DNA of 62,879 nucleotides, filler included, from Basidiobolus ranarum (GCA_040143965.1; 46 parts of 46 records of this genome joined end to end with filler, not necessarily neighbours in it), one strand, 5' to 3'. Counted from the first letter of the whole stretch, positions 47,962 to 61,515 are shown. Numbers and translations: made by a program. Notes: generated from the letters alone by a model not told the origin.

Positions 47962-49227
47962 GACTTACTGGTTCGACCAAAGTTGCATTTTGACCTACAT
48001 CATTCTGGTCATATAACTGTGGTAACTCCACGGTATCTTGACTTTTGGCAGTGTTACCAAAACTTTGAGGCAAACTACAGTCAGTGGACTCAATAGGCAA
48101 AACTAAAGTCAATTTAGTGCACTTATTACTGTTGTTATACACCAGGCTTTGTGCAGCTGGTGGCTTTGTACAGTGACCATGCTTGTGATTATTTTTTCTA
48201 TGAAGCCTCTGGCTTTCATAGCTCAACAATTTGTGACAATAATAGCAGGGCTTCTTTAAATGTTTGTGTTGTGGTATGAGAAGGATATTGTAGAAAACAG
48301 AACACCTCCCATGTAAGGGTGGTATTGCAGTTATAGCCCATCAATGTCATCAGCTGATTCTGAGATGGTGTCACAGATGAGGCATCAAGAGATTTACAAG
48401 ATGTTTCCGGTTATGGATGGCAATTTTGGTTTGTTATAAGGTGTTTCTAAGCAATTTCTTAACACCACGTTTACCATCTGAAAATTTCAATGCCATTAAA
48501 AGAGCATTCAAAATCTAAGTCACAATTGGCTTCCAAGCAAAAGCCTGCTGACACAAAAGGAAAAAAAACAACAAGAACAGAGGACTTAATTGATAAGCAG
48601 TCTAGCAATCAACTATCCACTTTGGACGGTATTAACATGCTGGAAACTAACTCAAGTAAGGATTAAGCAATAGTAAACTTACCAGATTCATTCCTTTCTG
48701 GCCATAATGCAAGTGAAGAGATTGTAATCTCCCAATTATATAGTAAATCAATAGTTGAGCAAAGTTCAACAAAAACACCGTTAAGACCATCAACTTCCTA
48801 AATGGTTACTCTGCCCACTATTGAACAGCCCTCCATCAAAAATTATATGGTTTCATTACAACAAGGGAATTACAGGCAGAACACCATAATGATTTGTATG
48901 CAATCATAAGTAAAAACTATGAAGTTGCTATACTGGCCATGACAAGCAATAATGCTTCAATTTTGCAAATAATGCAGCATTTGGAAGCAGCTAGTCAACA
49001 GTTAGAGAGTTACTCAACAATAATAGAAGACCTTCCAAATGCTGAACTTGAGCTACTGCAAAATGCTGCCCCTCCATCTATTCACCTATGGGATATCAAT
49101 CAATCCCACACCATATATATGAATGTCACCATGACAATCTAGCAGAGCAGAATATGTGTTGGACCATTAAGCCTACACAACAACCCAAAATTGCTTGGGC
49201 ACATGAAAGTAGAAATCTCATAGGAAA
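47962..49227. mobile_element. CACTA central region: transposase 5' end (-), intergenic spacer, ORF2 5' half (+), degenerate
   Basis: Collinear with 23710-24596 and continues into sequence homologous to 40480-40810. Confidence 0.88.
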
Positions 49228-49327
49228 NNNNNNNNNNNNNNNNNNNNNNNNNNNNNNNNNNNNNNNNNNNNTTAATTAATTAANNNNNNNNNNNNNNNNN
49301 NNNNNNNNNNNNNNNNNNNNNNNNNNN

Positions 49328-50593
49328 TGTGTGCAAAGTTTGGGGCTTCTAGCACAAGTTTGAAAAATCTATATATCTGAGAACTTCTAAGTTGGTAAAA
49401 ATATTCCAAGTAAATTCCAATTGAGAATAATTGATAATCTCTTAGTGAGTTATAAGATAACTAATTACTAAGTTATATATGACTATATAGGTGTTTAGGC
49501 AATGCTAATTTCAACACTAATCAATTATATCTTTTTACATTGAGTCCTAAATATCTCAAACAGTTGACTTACATCTCTGCTTTATAAGTCACCATATTCT
49601 GTTAAGAATAAACCAATTAAAGCAGTAGTACAAGTTGTCTTTAAATAACAAAGTCAATACTCATTGTGACTAGTTCCTCCAGCAAAAACTATCTCATACT
49701 TTGTAGATGTTGAAATAAGCATAGCCAAAACACCTATATAGTCATATATAGCTTAGTAATTAGATGTCCCATATTGAACTAATAAGTTACACACAATTCT
49801 TAATGGAGTTTACATAAAATATTTTTACCAACTAAGAAGGTCTCAGATATACAGATTTTTTAAAGAAGTCCCAGATTTTGCACACATGCTCCTGGGACCT
49901 TCCTTTATATATTCTACATTCTTATTTATTTACACCTTGATAAAACTATAAATGTCAACTTTTAACTCAACAAATCAATAAGTGAAAACCACCAATTCTT
50001 CTAGTTTGTCCAACCACCTCCAACAAACTCCCAAAATACTAACAATAGATAACAAGAATTTTAAGGCTATTAGCTAATCTTACATGAAAGACAGCCTCTG
50101 AAGTAGCCTCTTCAACTCAAACCCTTATCCTCTATAAGATGTCAACAAGAAATATTAAGATTAAACAATATCAAGAGACTTGCATAGAGAAGTCACTTGG
50201 AACAAAATGAAAATCAGAATCAATAAGATACAAAACCAACTCCAAGTCCAAGTTAATTTCTCCCAAAATCAAGTAGAAGATATAAAGTATATATGAAATA
50301 ATTTTTGAGGTATTTTGGGAGCCTATTGGAAGTGGTTGGCAGAATTAGAGAAATTGTTCGTTTTCACTTATTGATTTATTGAATATTCAGTTGACTTTTA
50401 CAGTTTTGTAAAGATGTAAACAAACTAACATGTAGAATATGTTAAGGAAGGTCTCAAGAGCATTTTTTCAGAGTTTGTAGCTTCTAGCACAAGTTATCTA
50501 ATTCTATTTATCTGAGCACTTCTAAGTTGGTAGTAGTTATTCCATCTAAATTCCTTTTATGAATAATGGGTTATATCTTAGTGAAATCTAAAA
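49328..50593. repeat. Three LTR-A-related copies: 49328-49516 (-), solo LTR 49708-50044 (+), ~50301-50593 (-)
   Basis: The solo copy runs TGTTGAAA..CTAACA and is flanked by GTAGA/ATAGA (5-bp TSD with one mismatch). Confidence 0.82.
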
Positions 50594-50693
50594 NNNNNNN
50601 NNNNNNNNNNNNNNNNNNNNNNNNNNNNNNNNNNNNNTTAATTAATTAANNNNNNNNNNNNNNNNNNNNNNNNNNNNNNNNNNNNNNNNNNNN

Positions 50694-51959
50694 TGAATAG
50701 ATTTTCCCCATGGCTAAAACAATAATACTGAATATCTCAATATATCTCACCAAGAAGTCTTTCTTGCAGCATTCCTAGAAATAATGTCAGAAATTGATGC
50801 AAACAAATTAGTCCAAATACAGAGGTACTTATTCTGTGTCCATGGATTAAGCTTTGTAGCTGTGATTGTTCTCAAACAATGCAAAAACCCATGAGCACCT
50901 CAAAAAGAGCCCTTTGTTGGAAAGTTAATAAACTTTGGAGTCTCCAGAGCCCATTGCATTACATCCATCACCAATTTTGCTGATACATATTAATCAGATT
51001 TGCATATGTTAATACTGACAATCTCACATGGGGCATCATTTCACCATAGGTGCACTACATCAGGAACTCCCAGAATGTATAGCAATGTCCTTTCATCTCT
51101 ACTCATTGAGAAAGATGCAGAAGGGAATTTATTGAATACTGGCATAGATTCAGTCTATCTTCTTTAAACTTGTAATAAAGCTTTTCATATCCAATTAAAA
51201 AATCTTTGCATGGTTGCTGTATCTGCCTGAGATCTGCCATTGTGAGTTAATGCCGTAAGAATATATTAACAATATTGACAAACAACTCCCAATGCTGCCA
51301 ATACTCATTGAGCAGAAATCCTTTCAAGATTCCACTTGAATATATACAAATCAAATACTTCTAGTCTTTCCATTTGAATAAATGCCAAGATGAGTGGATA
51401 TTGCCTTAACAAAAATAAAACCAATTTGATCCGGATCAGATCCACCCTCCAAAATAGCAAAACTTTCAGAACACCATCACAATATTGGTGGCTTGAATTC
51501 TGCCAGGGATTTTGATGGTGTGAAAACAGTTTCTTGATAGTATTTTGATGGTATTCATACATGTTCAAATATTGATCCTCAAATTTGGCATGAGTTATTC
51601 AATATCCAGCAATTTTTGCAAAAATCTAGTTTTTGAATGGCAAATTACCAGGTTTACTGCTCTAGGAATTTGAATTAATATTGTAGGTGAATTAATGTGC
51701 ATGCCTTTATTTAGATATTCAGGCTTTGTATTCCAGCCATAATGAGAATCAAAAAATACAAGAATCTTGTTGTGTTTAGTCTCTACATATGCACATACTC
51801 GACTGATTATACATAACTTAACAACATCAATAAGCTTTACCAGCAAACTGATGATGGAAACATTGCTAAACATCTGAAATTTTGAATAGCACTGACACTT
51901 TGCAAATAGCTGACTCTTGTTACCATTCACAATAGGAATAAGCTCCTTGATTTTGGCAA
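50694..51959 (-). mobile_element. CACTA transposase late-core fragment (50694-~51400), plus a second copy's transposase-side end (51404-51959)
   Basis: WQHWELFV..FLIGYEKLYYKFKEDRLNLCQYSINSLLHL..GHCYTFWEFLM (CACTA H.LLHL..GP...W.F.MER motif); CCTTAACAAAAAT at 51404. Confidence 0.87.
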
Positions 51960-52059
51960 NNNNNNNNNNNNNNNNNNNNNNNNNNNNNNNNNNNNNNNNN
52001 NNNTTAATTAATTAANNNNNNNNNNNNNNNNNNNNNNNNNNNNNNNNNNNNNNNNNNNN

Positions 52060-53325
52060 AATATGAACAAATTTTTCCTGATTCAGTGATTGCCAATTGT
52101 GTGCAAAGAGTATATGACTTCAGGTTTTTCAGATCACCGGTGAAAGCCAAACAACTATTTGGACATAAAGGTAGTTTAATTACTGAAGGTTTATAAATCA
52201 TAAAATAAACAAGTGTTTTCCACTTGTGCCATTTCTGTGGCCAGCAACAGTTGCCAATCAACTATGGTAATGGTGTAAGAAAACCAATAAGCATCTAGTT
52301 GCTAAGAATAAATTGAACTCTCCACTCCTCAACAATCAAAACTGCTTCCTTTACTGTAAGTGTTATGAGTGGACTAATGCTTCCCAATAAAAGAGAGTCC
52401 ATAACAACACCATTGTGTTCTTCTTCAACTTCTGATATACTACAATCAGTACTGGAATAACCAAGGTCAACATCTAGCAGTATGTCCTTGAAGTTGTCTG
52501 GACCTACTGGTTCAAGCAAAGTTGCATTTCTATCTACATCATTCTGGTCATATAACTATTGTAACTCCATGGTTTCTTGACATTTGGCGGTGTTACCAAA
52601 ACTTTGAGGCAAATTTTAGTGAGTGGACTCAGGGGGCAAAACTGAAGTTGAATTTGTGCACATATAACTGCTGATACTTACCAGGCTTTGTGCTGCTGGT
52701 GGCTTTGTACAGTGACCATGCTTGTGAATAATTTTCTATGAAGCCTCTGGCTTGAATAGCACAAGAATATGTGACAACAATAGCAGAGCTTCTTCAAATG
52801 TTTTTGTTGCAGCATAAGAAGGATATTGTGGAAAAAGAACTTCTCCTATGTAAGAGTGGTATTTTGGGGATAGCCCATCAGTATCATAAGCTGAATCTGA
52901 GACCATGTCATAGATGTGTCATCAAGGGATTCAAATGCTGAGAAGGTATCACCAATGAGTCATCAGGGGATTTACAAGATATTTCTGGTAATGGATGGCA
53001 ATTTTGGCTTATTATAAGCTGTTTCTAAGCAATTTCTTTACACTAAGTTTACCATCCAAAAGTTTCAATGCCATTCAATAAGTGTTTAAAATCTAAGTCA
53101 AAATCAACTTCTAAGCCAAAGCCTGCTGGCACAAGAAAAAAAAAAGCTGAAGAACAGAGGACTTAATTGATGACCCATCTTGTGATCCAATATCCACTTT
53201 GAAATGTATGAACATGCCAGAAACTAACTCAAGTAATGATGAAGCATTAATCAATTTACCAGATGTGTTCCTTTCCAGTTATAGTGCAAGTGAAGAAATT
53301 TTAATCCCCCAATTACATAGTAAAA
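52060..53325. mobile_element. CACTA transposase 5' part (-), spacer and ORF2 start (+), degenerate
   Basis: CPNSCLAFTGDLKNLKSYTLC; collinear with 23327-24490. Confidence 0.88.
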
Positions 53326-53425
53326 NNNNNNNNNNNNNNNNNNNNNNNNNNNNNNNNNNNNNNNNNNNNTTAATTAATTAANNNNNNNNNNNNNNNNNNN
53401 NNNNNNNNNNNNNNNNNNNNNNNNN

Positions 53426-53677
53426 AGTGTTCAAGTGGTAAATATGTAATATTTGAGTTATATTTTTTGCACATGTGTTGTTCCATAGTTCTCTGAGATT
53501 TTAGCCAATCATGTGCAACTATTTTGCAAGATCTTCGAATTTCACTCCTGAAACTGAAAAATTGATTAAAATCAAATCTAACTTGACATTTTATGATGGT
53601 AAGTAAATGGTTAATCCCAAATGGATTAAAATTGTGATGGTTTTCCTACAATAACAATCCTCAAATTTCTGTTAGGG
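53426..53677 (+). mobile_element. CACTA ORF2-side terminus, inserted into Copia integrase
   Basis: Ends AAATTTCTGTTAGGG. Confidence 0.9.
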
Positions 53678-54691
53678 ATCAGTCCAGATAATCTCAATCT
53701 TTAGACCTGTTTCAGTCTCCACCATTGCTTTGAACTTTGTGAATATATCAAAGGCTTCATCCTTACTGGACCAAAAGTACACCCAAGTATACTTTGTCTT
53801 ATGATCAATAATAGTCATAAAATAACTTTTTCCGCCTAAGGATTTTGTCTGCATTGGGCCACACAGATCTGAGTGTTCCAGGCACAATTTTCGATCAAAT
53901 TTGCTCATTCCAAAGCTCACAAATGGCTATCTGTCTTGCCTACCATATAGACAACCTTCACATAGCCCCAGATCCCGTGGAATTACAAAATTTAGTCCAA
54001 ACCCATCTTGATTTTGATTAAATATCTCATATTTTCAGCTCCTAGGTGACCCAATCTCCTATGCCAGATTTTCCAGTCTATCTCTTCATCTGTGGCAGTA
54101 TTAACTTGCTCATATATTGGCGTAATATAATGAGGTTTATACAAGTTATATTGCTTAGCTCCAGAAGCTACGTAATTCCCTTTTTGATCCCGGATTGTAC
54201 AGCCATATGGATCAATATTAAAGCTATATTCCTCAGATGTAGCTTTACTCACTGATAACAATTTTTTTTTGCTATCCCAGGCACATATAGCACATTTTTC
54301 AGTGTCAAATACATGTCTGCAGATATGCCCCCAAGATCCACTTCAATATCTCCCACTCCCAGTGCTTCCAGTGGCTGGTCATCTCCCATATAAACCTTCT
54401 TGTTTACATCAGTTTGGAGTGTCTTACACCAGTCTTTTTGATTAGAGAATTGTTGAGAGGCTCCAGAATCAGTATGCCACAACCTACAGTCTTGTTCAGA
54501 GGTCACTGATAGGGCAGAAATAAATAAAACTTCCTCTTTGGTAAAAACCTGATTTGCTTGTTGTGACTTCTCATTTTTGTTGTAATTTCTTGATTTGCAA
54601 TCTTTTATCTGGTGTCCTGGTTTGTTACAACCATAGCATAAACCTGCTTTGCTTTTTCTGTAACCTTTGTACTTGCCAAAGCTATATTTTC
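53678..54691 (-). mobile_element. Ty1/Copia family 1 gag knuckle-protease-integrase fragment
   Basis: WHTDSGASQ; WHRRLGH; HSDLCGPM. Confidence 0.92.
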
Positions 54692-54791
54692 NNNNNNNNN
54701 NNNNNNNNNNNNNNNNNNNNNNNNNNNNNNNNNNNTTAATTAATTAANNNNNNNNNNNNNNNNNNNNNNNNNNNNNNNNNNNNNNNNNNNN

Positions 54792-55171
54792 GGGCTTTGA
54801 TGGAGATATTGATACAAACCCGTGTTGGGTATGAGCTAAACCTTGGGTATGAAGAACTCTATAAAAATATTCAGGAGAATATATCAAAGAGACTAGGGAT
54901 TTTGAAGGTGACAAATTAGCGTTCAAGTGATAAATGTGTAAAATTTGAGTTACGTTTTTTGCACATGTGTTGATCCATAGTTCTCTGAGATTTTAGCCAA
55001 TCATTTGCAACTATTTTGCGAGATCTTGAAATTTCACTCCTGAAACTGAAAAAATTGATTAAAATCAAATCTAACTTGACAATTTTATGACAGTAAGTAA
55101 ACAGTCAACCCCAAATGGATTAAAATTGTGACGGTTTTCCTACAATAACAATCCTCAAATTTCTGTTAGGG
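54792..55171 (+). mobile_element. CACTA ORF2 end and terminus
   Basis: Ends TTCTGTTAGGG; retains more CpGs than sister copies. Confidence 0.9.
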
Positions 55172-56156
55172 TTAATATCAAGAGCATCACTTGAGTTTTG
55201 TATTCATTCTCTTCCTAAACCACAATTTTTGCAAATATTTTAGCCCTATTGTAGGATATACAATATACCATGTTAAGGCTTCCATCTCATATCAACTATT
55301 TATGCAGTAGTTACTTTGATATCACAGTCATAATACTCACCTCATCTTACAAAACTATTTGCTTCTAAATGCATTCAAGTAGTGTAGCACATCTTGTTTG
55401 AGTTTATTACAATAGAAGCCTAGTCATTCAACAAACTAAAGAACAACTAGCTCTATGGACAAGTTAGAATATACTAGAGTGTAAATTGTGCACATGAAAA
55501 ACTAAATAAGAAGTGATGTTTGTTGTTTATTAGTGTAAATATGATTAAGACCATTGAAATATTTACAGCAATATTACAAGATTAAATATATTGCATATAA
55601 TTAAGATCAGTCTTATTTCATCAAGTTGGGGATTATGGCAGCTTAGCTCAATATAAGGAATTGCATGCTTATAATATCAGTGTAATGGACATGCAATACA
55701 AATAATGGTGATACAGATAACTCTCTAGCTAGATACATTCACAATTAACCTTATCATTCTATTTAGCCCATGTGTGATATGCTCTGGCTTGCTATACCAA
55801 GCCAAATCTGGAAAACAATAGCTAGTCATTCTTCTTTCTCTATCAAAATAATATTGCTATCAATGATCTCCACTTCAATTTCCAACAATTTTTGCGACAA
55901 ACTAATTTTCAAATGGCAAATTACTGCATTTACTGCTATAGGCATTTGAATTAATATGCATGCCTTTATTGAAATACTTTAGGCTTTGTATTCCAGCCAT
56001 AATGAGAATCAAAAAATACAAGAATCTTGTCATGTTTAGTCTCTACATATGCACATNNNNNNNNNNNNNNNNNNNNNNNNNNNNNNNNNNNNNNNNNNNN
56101 TTAATTAATTAANNNNNNNNNNNNNNNNNNNNNNNNNNNNNNNNNNNNNNNNNNNN

Positions 56157-56958
56157 TGGGAAGAACTTGATACAGAGTGGCACAATATTGCAGGGTATCC
56201 CCCAGATAGCAGGAAGCAGGTTAATTCCGTAAGGCTAAGACATAGTGGATTTTTGATGGAGATATTGATAGAAACTTGAGTTGGGTATGAGGAAGACCTG
56301 AGGTATGAAGAACTCTATAAAAATATTTAGGAGAATATATCAAAGAGACTAGGGATTTTGAAGGCAACAAATTAGCATTCCAGTGGTAATTGTGTAAAAT
56401 TTGAGTTCTGTTTTTTGCACATGTGTTGATCCATAGTTTTCTGAGATTGTAGCCAATCATGCCCAACTATTTTGCAAGATCTTGAAATTTCACTCCTGAA
56501 ACTGAAAAAATTGCTTAAAATCAAATCTAACTTGAGAATTTTATGACAGTAAATAAACAGTCAGTCCCAAATGGATTAAAATTGTGATGGCTTTCCTACA
56601 ATATCAATCCTCAAATTTCTGTTGGGGTATAGAGAAAAGTATATCTAGTGATAGATCTTCTGTCCTTAGTATCATGTCCTCAATCTGCATCACTAAACCT
56701 GATTAGATCCTTATTCTCTTAGCCACAAGTCTGGCTTTATATCTTTCTACAGATCTATCAGCTTGCTGTTTAATTTTAACCACCCATTTGCATCCAATTG
56801 ACTTTTAGTCATCACCCTAACAGAAATTTGAGGATTATTATTGTAGGAAAACCATCACAATTTTAATCCATATGGGATTGACTGTTTACTTACCGTCATA
56901 AAATTCTCAAGTTAGATTTGATTTTAATCAATTTTTTCAGTTTCAGGAGTGAAATTTC
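56157..56958. mobile_element. Two CACTA ORF2-side ends in inverted orientation (56157-~56627; 56815-56958) flanking Copia RT/RNaseH remnants
   Basis: ..TTCTGTTGGGG and CCCTAACAGAAAT.. separated by ~190 nt. Confidence 0.87.
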
Positions 56959-57421
56959 TGTTGAAGTTTATTGTCTTTATCATATTTATTATCTCTATCT
57001 TTATACACCTAACTGTTTCATATATCACATATAAGTTAGTTAGCATTACTTAGTCAAATATTGCTTAGCTGAAAATCGGAACATACATTATATATATATG
57101 TGCATAATGTGAGAATTAGCAATTCCATAATGGAAATTTTAAACTTGTCCCAATTTCCCCAAAGATAGCTAATTTTACTCCCACAGATGTTCTGAACACA
57201 ACCCCAGTGTTAGTTTTCTGTATTTCCACCAAAAAGTATAAATGCTTTATTTTTGGACAATAAATAATTATATCACAAAGCTATTTACAACTCCACTTTT
57301 CTAAAGTTCTTCCAAACAGCCCATATTTTCCCAATAGGTTATGAGCCCCATGTTCTAACCTTTACAGCATGACAGAAACCACTACTACCACTTTTATTAA
57401 CTCAAGTGTTGAAAAGCTTGA
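56959..57421 (+). mobile_element. Copia family 1 5' end: LTR-B (56959-57336), PBS (57337-57349), gag start
   Basis: TGTTGAAG..CCCAATA followed by GGTTATGAGCCCC; MTETTTTTFINSSVEKL. Confidence 0.93.
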
Positions 57422-57521
57422 NNNNNNNNNNNNNNNNNNNNNNNNNNNNNNNNNNNNNNNNNNNNTTAATTAATTAANNNNNNNNNNNNNNNNNNNNNNN
57501 NNNNNNNNNNNNNNNNNNNNN

Positions 57522-58452
57522 ACTGATAACTATGCCAACTGGCGAGCGAATTGTTGTGGGAAATGATGACTCGCAACCTCCTAGAACTCTGGCACACGGC
57601 TTATCTCGTGCTGCTGCTGATGGTGCCGAGGAAATTGGTATTGAGGAGCCACTTGGTAAGTGAAAATGCTTAGAATCTTTCAAATTTTTGCCTCATTATC
57701 GTCGTATTGAAATTGAATATCCAGGCTCTGCTTTGTTCAAGTATGCAACAATTCAAGAAAAGATTGGGGATGCTAGGAAAACAATGGTATTTTATCTTAT
57801 TTTAGATGGACTCTTTAATTTACGGAATAGCTCATTCAAGTTTTCATGTTATAGGATTCTCAAATCATCCGTAAATTCTATGAGCCTTTTAATACCACTC
57901 TTAATTCCACCATCCAATTTGCCCTGGTTTGTTGTATTCATTCCAGATTGAAGTGCCTGTCAAAGTATTAAATTTTGTGTCCTCTCTGACGATAGAACGC
58001 TCGCCGACAGGTACAAACTGCCAGAATAAATCTAGACGCCTGCAAGAATTCCCTCAAAACCGCGAAACCGGAAAGAATCAACCAGGTAATAGTCCATTCA
58101 CCGTTCCTTTCGAAGCATTTAGTAATCCCTTTGGATTCTGGAATAGATCAAAAAAGAAGTTGAGGAAGTTGAAGATATATTTGTTGCTTCTGTCGAAGAA
58201 GCCATAGAACTCATGAAAGCAGTGGTAGAGAGTGTGAGTGTTTTCTATCTAAATTATCTACTCATGATATAACCATTTACGAACTTTTGATTTTATCAAT
58301 AGCCCGAACCACTTCGTAACCTTGCTGATTTCGTAGCTTCTCAATTAACCTTTTACAAAGAAGCTTCAGAACTATTGTCAGACGTTGCACCTGATATAAA
58401 TGAGATTCAGATGACTCAAGAGGCAATCTTCAGAAATAGTAGAGATGAATAA
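57522..58452 (+). CDS. Gvp36-like BAR-domain protein, 3' part; exons 57522-57655, 57725-57786, 57855-57926, 57996-58085, 58147-58233, 58303-58452
   Basis: Five GT-AG introns (69, 68, 69, 61, 69 nt) splice to one frame: PRTLAHGLSRAA..SALFKYATIQEKIGDAR..NARRQVQTARINLDACK..EDIFVASVEEAIELMKAVVESPEPLRNLADFVASQLTFYKEASELL..*. Confidence 0.85.
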
Positions 58453-58886
58453 GTTGATGGGAATTTCCTCAACCTCCCATCCCATCTGCCTTTATCAAAA
58501 AACAAAGAACATCCCATAGGAAAAGACGTAAACTTAACCTTTTTGAACAAGGGGGTTTCTTGTGTTATAATGATCTATCGGTGACCAAAATCGATGATTT
58601 TATTTCGTAATATGTGCTCCTTAATAAATATCCTTTTTTTCTACAATATAACAACAATAGATGATTTTGACATTCACAAGATTGGGGTAACGTTCAGTGG
58701 TAGTTGGCTGCTAGGTAGGGATGATGTAATGTCAGAGGCTGGAGGCCATGATATTGCCTTTAAACTCAAATTCCTCGGAGCATCAANNNNNNNNNNNNNN
58801 NNNNNNNNNNNNNNNNNNNNNNNNNNNNNNTTAATTAATTAANNNNNNNNNNNNNNNNNNNNNNNNNNNNNNNNNNNNNNNNNNNN

Positions 58887-60151
58887 TCAGGTGCGGCTTG
58901 TCTGAATGCAAACTCAAGTCCAGTAACCGAAGCGAAAATCTCCGAAATGGAGATGCCAACGAATGGAATGATTTGCCACCAGATGGAAATGTCATTGACG
59001 GGATCTTGTCCTGCTGGCAAGTTACTCAAATCCGTGAAATTGTAGTAAGGTCCAGTTTTGTACACTTGTGACTGGAGAACAGTGACGTAGACAAAAGCTA
59101 GAGTGGCAATGGTGAAGCCGATGGTAATGCGTGTGATAGGACCAAGACGACATCCCATTCTTCTCAAGATTGGGAAGACGACTGTGTCAAAGATAGGAAT
59201 AGCAATCACTAACACGAGACTGTTGACGAGATTAAGCTGCTCAGGTCCACTGATGAAGGAAGGACGTTGCATAGTGAGACCCATGTTGATGAAGTTATCC
59301 GACATATTGTAATACAAGGCCCAGTAAAAGGGATAGAACAGGAATACTAGGGAAGCGCGTAGAGTCTTCTTTAGATCCTCCACAAAGGCATCATTCCACT
59401 CAAAGCCATCCACTTTCGCATAGTCCAACCAATGTTCAATTGGGCCATTGGTTTTGGCATTATCCAAGGGTGCCTTGCGATGGGAAAGAGCATATCTGAT
59501 ACATGTGTAGGTCTTGGAGAGTACAGTACCAGATGGAGGTTTAACATAGTAGAATCTCTTGGCTGAAATAAAGATACCCAAACCCAACACAAACATGATA
59601 GCAGGGAGGGAGAAAGCCAGAGGGTAAGAACCATAGTTGTTGGCCACAATTGGGCAGATGAACTGTCCCAGCAAGGCGCCAAGGTTGATGGCCCAGTAGA
59701 AGAATCGAAAGATTCGCTCAACTGTTAGTTGAGAGTCAACGTATACCCCTGGGGTTTTGGTGGCAAAGAGTCCTTCTTTGATTTGTTCAGCAGCAAAAGA
59801 CGAGACATTGGATTTGATACCACCGGTACCAAAGGAAATGAATACATATAGAGCAAGAATGTAACCGATCACTCCAAAGTTTCCGTCAAGGGAAGTGGGA
59901 AGGGCGCTGAGAGCCAAGATGATCAAACCAATCATGTAAAGGATCGAGAATATGACGATGGTTTTGAATTTTCCTAGGTATCTATCAGCAATGATAGCAC
60001 CGAGAATGGTAGTAAAGTATGCCATGAACTGAAAGCCTCGGTTCACAGCGGTAGCGGTACCTTTGCTAAATCCTAGCATCTTGAGCATATAAGGTTGGAA
60101 TAGGAGAGACGCTCCGTAAAAAGCAAAGCGTTCACATAGTTCAGTGATGAT
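58887..60151 (-). CDS. PTR2: POT/PTR family proton-dependent oligopeptide transporter (internal part, open at both contig edges, no intron here)
   Basis: ELCERFAFYG (ExxERF motif), GAIIADRYLGKFKTI, GTGGIKSNV, FYWAINLGA, SEIFASVTGLEFAFRQAAP. Confidence 0.95.
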
Positions 60152-60251
60152 NNNNNNNNNNNNNNNNNNNNNNNNNNNNNNNNNNNNNNNNNNNNTTAAT
60201 TAATTAANNNNNNNNNNNNNNNNNNNNNNNNNNNNNNNNNNNNNNNNNNNN

Positions 60252-60419
60252 TCCTGTTATTGTGCTCAAACAATGCTAAAACCTGTGAGCACATTGAAAA
60301 CAGCCCTTTGTTGGCAGGTTAACATACTCTAGAGTCTTCTCAACCCATTACATTACATCCATCACTGATTTTGCTGATACATTGTTACTCAGATTAGCAT
60401 ATGGTAATACTGACAATTT
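60252..60419 (-). mobile_element. CACTA transposase fragment (target of an LTR-B element)
   Basis: Matches 50860-51022. Confidence 0.8.
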
Positions 60420-61168
60420 TATTGGGAGAATATGGGCTGTTTGGAGGAACTTTAGAAAGGTGGAGTTGTGAATAGCTTTGTGAGATAATTGTTAAGTGTC
60501 CAGAAATAAAGCATTTACGCTTTTTGGTGGAAATACAGAAAACTAACACTGGGGTTGTGTTCAGAACATCTATGGGAGTAAAATGAGCTATGTTTGGGGC
60601 AATTTGGATGAGTTTGAAATTTCCAATAAGGAAGTGCTAATTCTCACCTTATTCACATATATATATAATATATATTCCAATTTTCAGCCAAGTAATATTT
60701 GACTAAGTAAGGTTAGCTAACTTATATGTGTTATATGAAATAGTTAGGTATATAAAGATAGAGATTATAAATATGATAAAGACAATAAACTTCAACACTT
60801 GCACTCTACTAAATATTCATATATCTTAATCCTAACTTAAATCTTGATTCTTCAAATTTAGGCTTGGGTAATGGTTTGGTAAGGATGTCACCAATCATGT
60901 CCTCAGTTGGACAGTACTCCAGTTCGATGTGCTTATTCTGAATAGCTTCCCTAATAAAGTGATGTTGAATATCAATGTGCTTACTTCAAGCATGAAATTT
61001 GGGATTTTTAGCTAAAGAAATGTAACTTTGATTATCCTTGAAAATTATGATTGGTGAACTTTGAATAATGCCCAAGTCTTTGATTAGCTTCCTTAATCAC
61101 ATAGCTTTCTTTGTTGTATGTGATTCTGCCATGTATTCTGCTTCAGTTGTTGAAAGTGCTAAGGTAGG
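60420..61168 (-). mobile_element. Copia family 1 3' end: RNaseH and 3' LTR-B (60420-60797)
   Basis: LSTTEAEYMA; DNQS..NPKFHA.SKHIDIQHHFIRE..MIGDILTKPL; LTR TGTTGAAG..CCCAATA. Confidence 0.92.
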
Positions 61169-61515
61169 CCTTAACAAAAATAAAATTGATTTGATCTGGA
61201 TTGGATCCACCCTCCAAAATAGCAAAACCATCAGAGAACCGTCACAATATTGTTGGCTTGCATTCCGCCAGGGATTTTGATGATGTGATGGTGGTTTCTT
61301 GATGTTATCTTAATGGTATTCATACATGTTAAAATATTAATTGTCAAATTTGGCCTGCATTATTCAATATCAAGCAATTTTAGCAAAAATATAATTTTCA
61401 AATGGCAAATTACTGGGTTTACTGCTGTAGGACTTCAAATTAATATGCATGCCTTTATTTAGATATTTTTGGCTTTGTATTCCAGCCATGATGAGAATCA
61501 AAAGATACAAGAATC
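61169..61515 (-). mobile_element. CACTA transposase-side terminus
   Basis: CCTTAACAAAAATAAAA..GGATCCACCCTCC, as at 43645 and 51404. Confidence 0.85.

Noticed and set aside
55635-55710. GGCAGCTTAGCTCAAT resembling a tRNA 5' end
   Set aside because: No D-stem partner, B box or acceptor pairing downstream
57688-58207. ORF-track proteins 57688-57951 and 57929-58207
   Set aside because: They read through introns or off-frame across the spliced BAR-domain gene
58675-58786. Possible 3' end of a convergent minus-strand gene
   Set aside because: Only ~36 codons at the contig edge, with ambiguous frame and no motif
59103-59721. Short ORFs overlapping PTR2
   Set aside because: Antisense or shadow frames of the transporter
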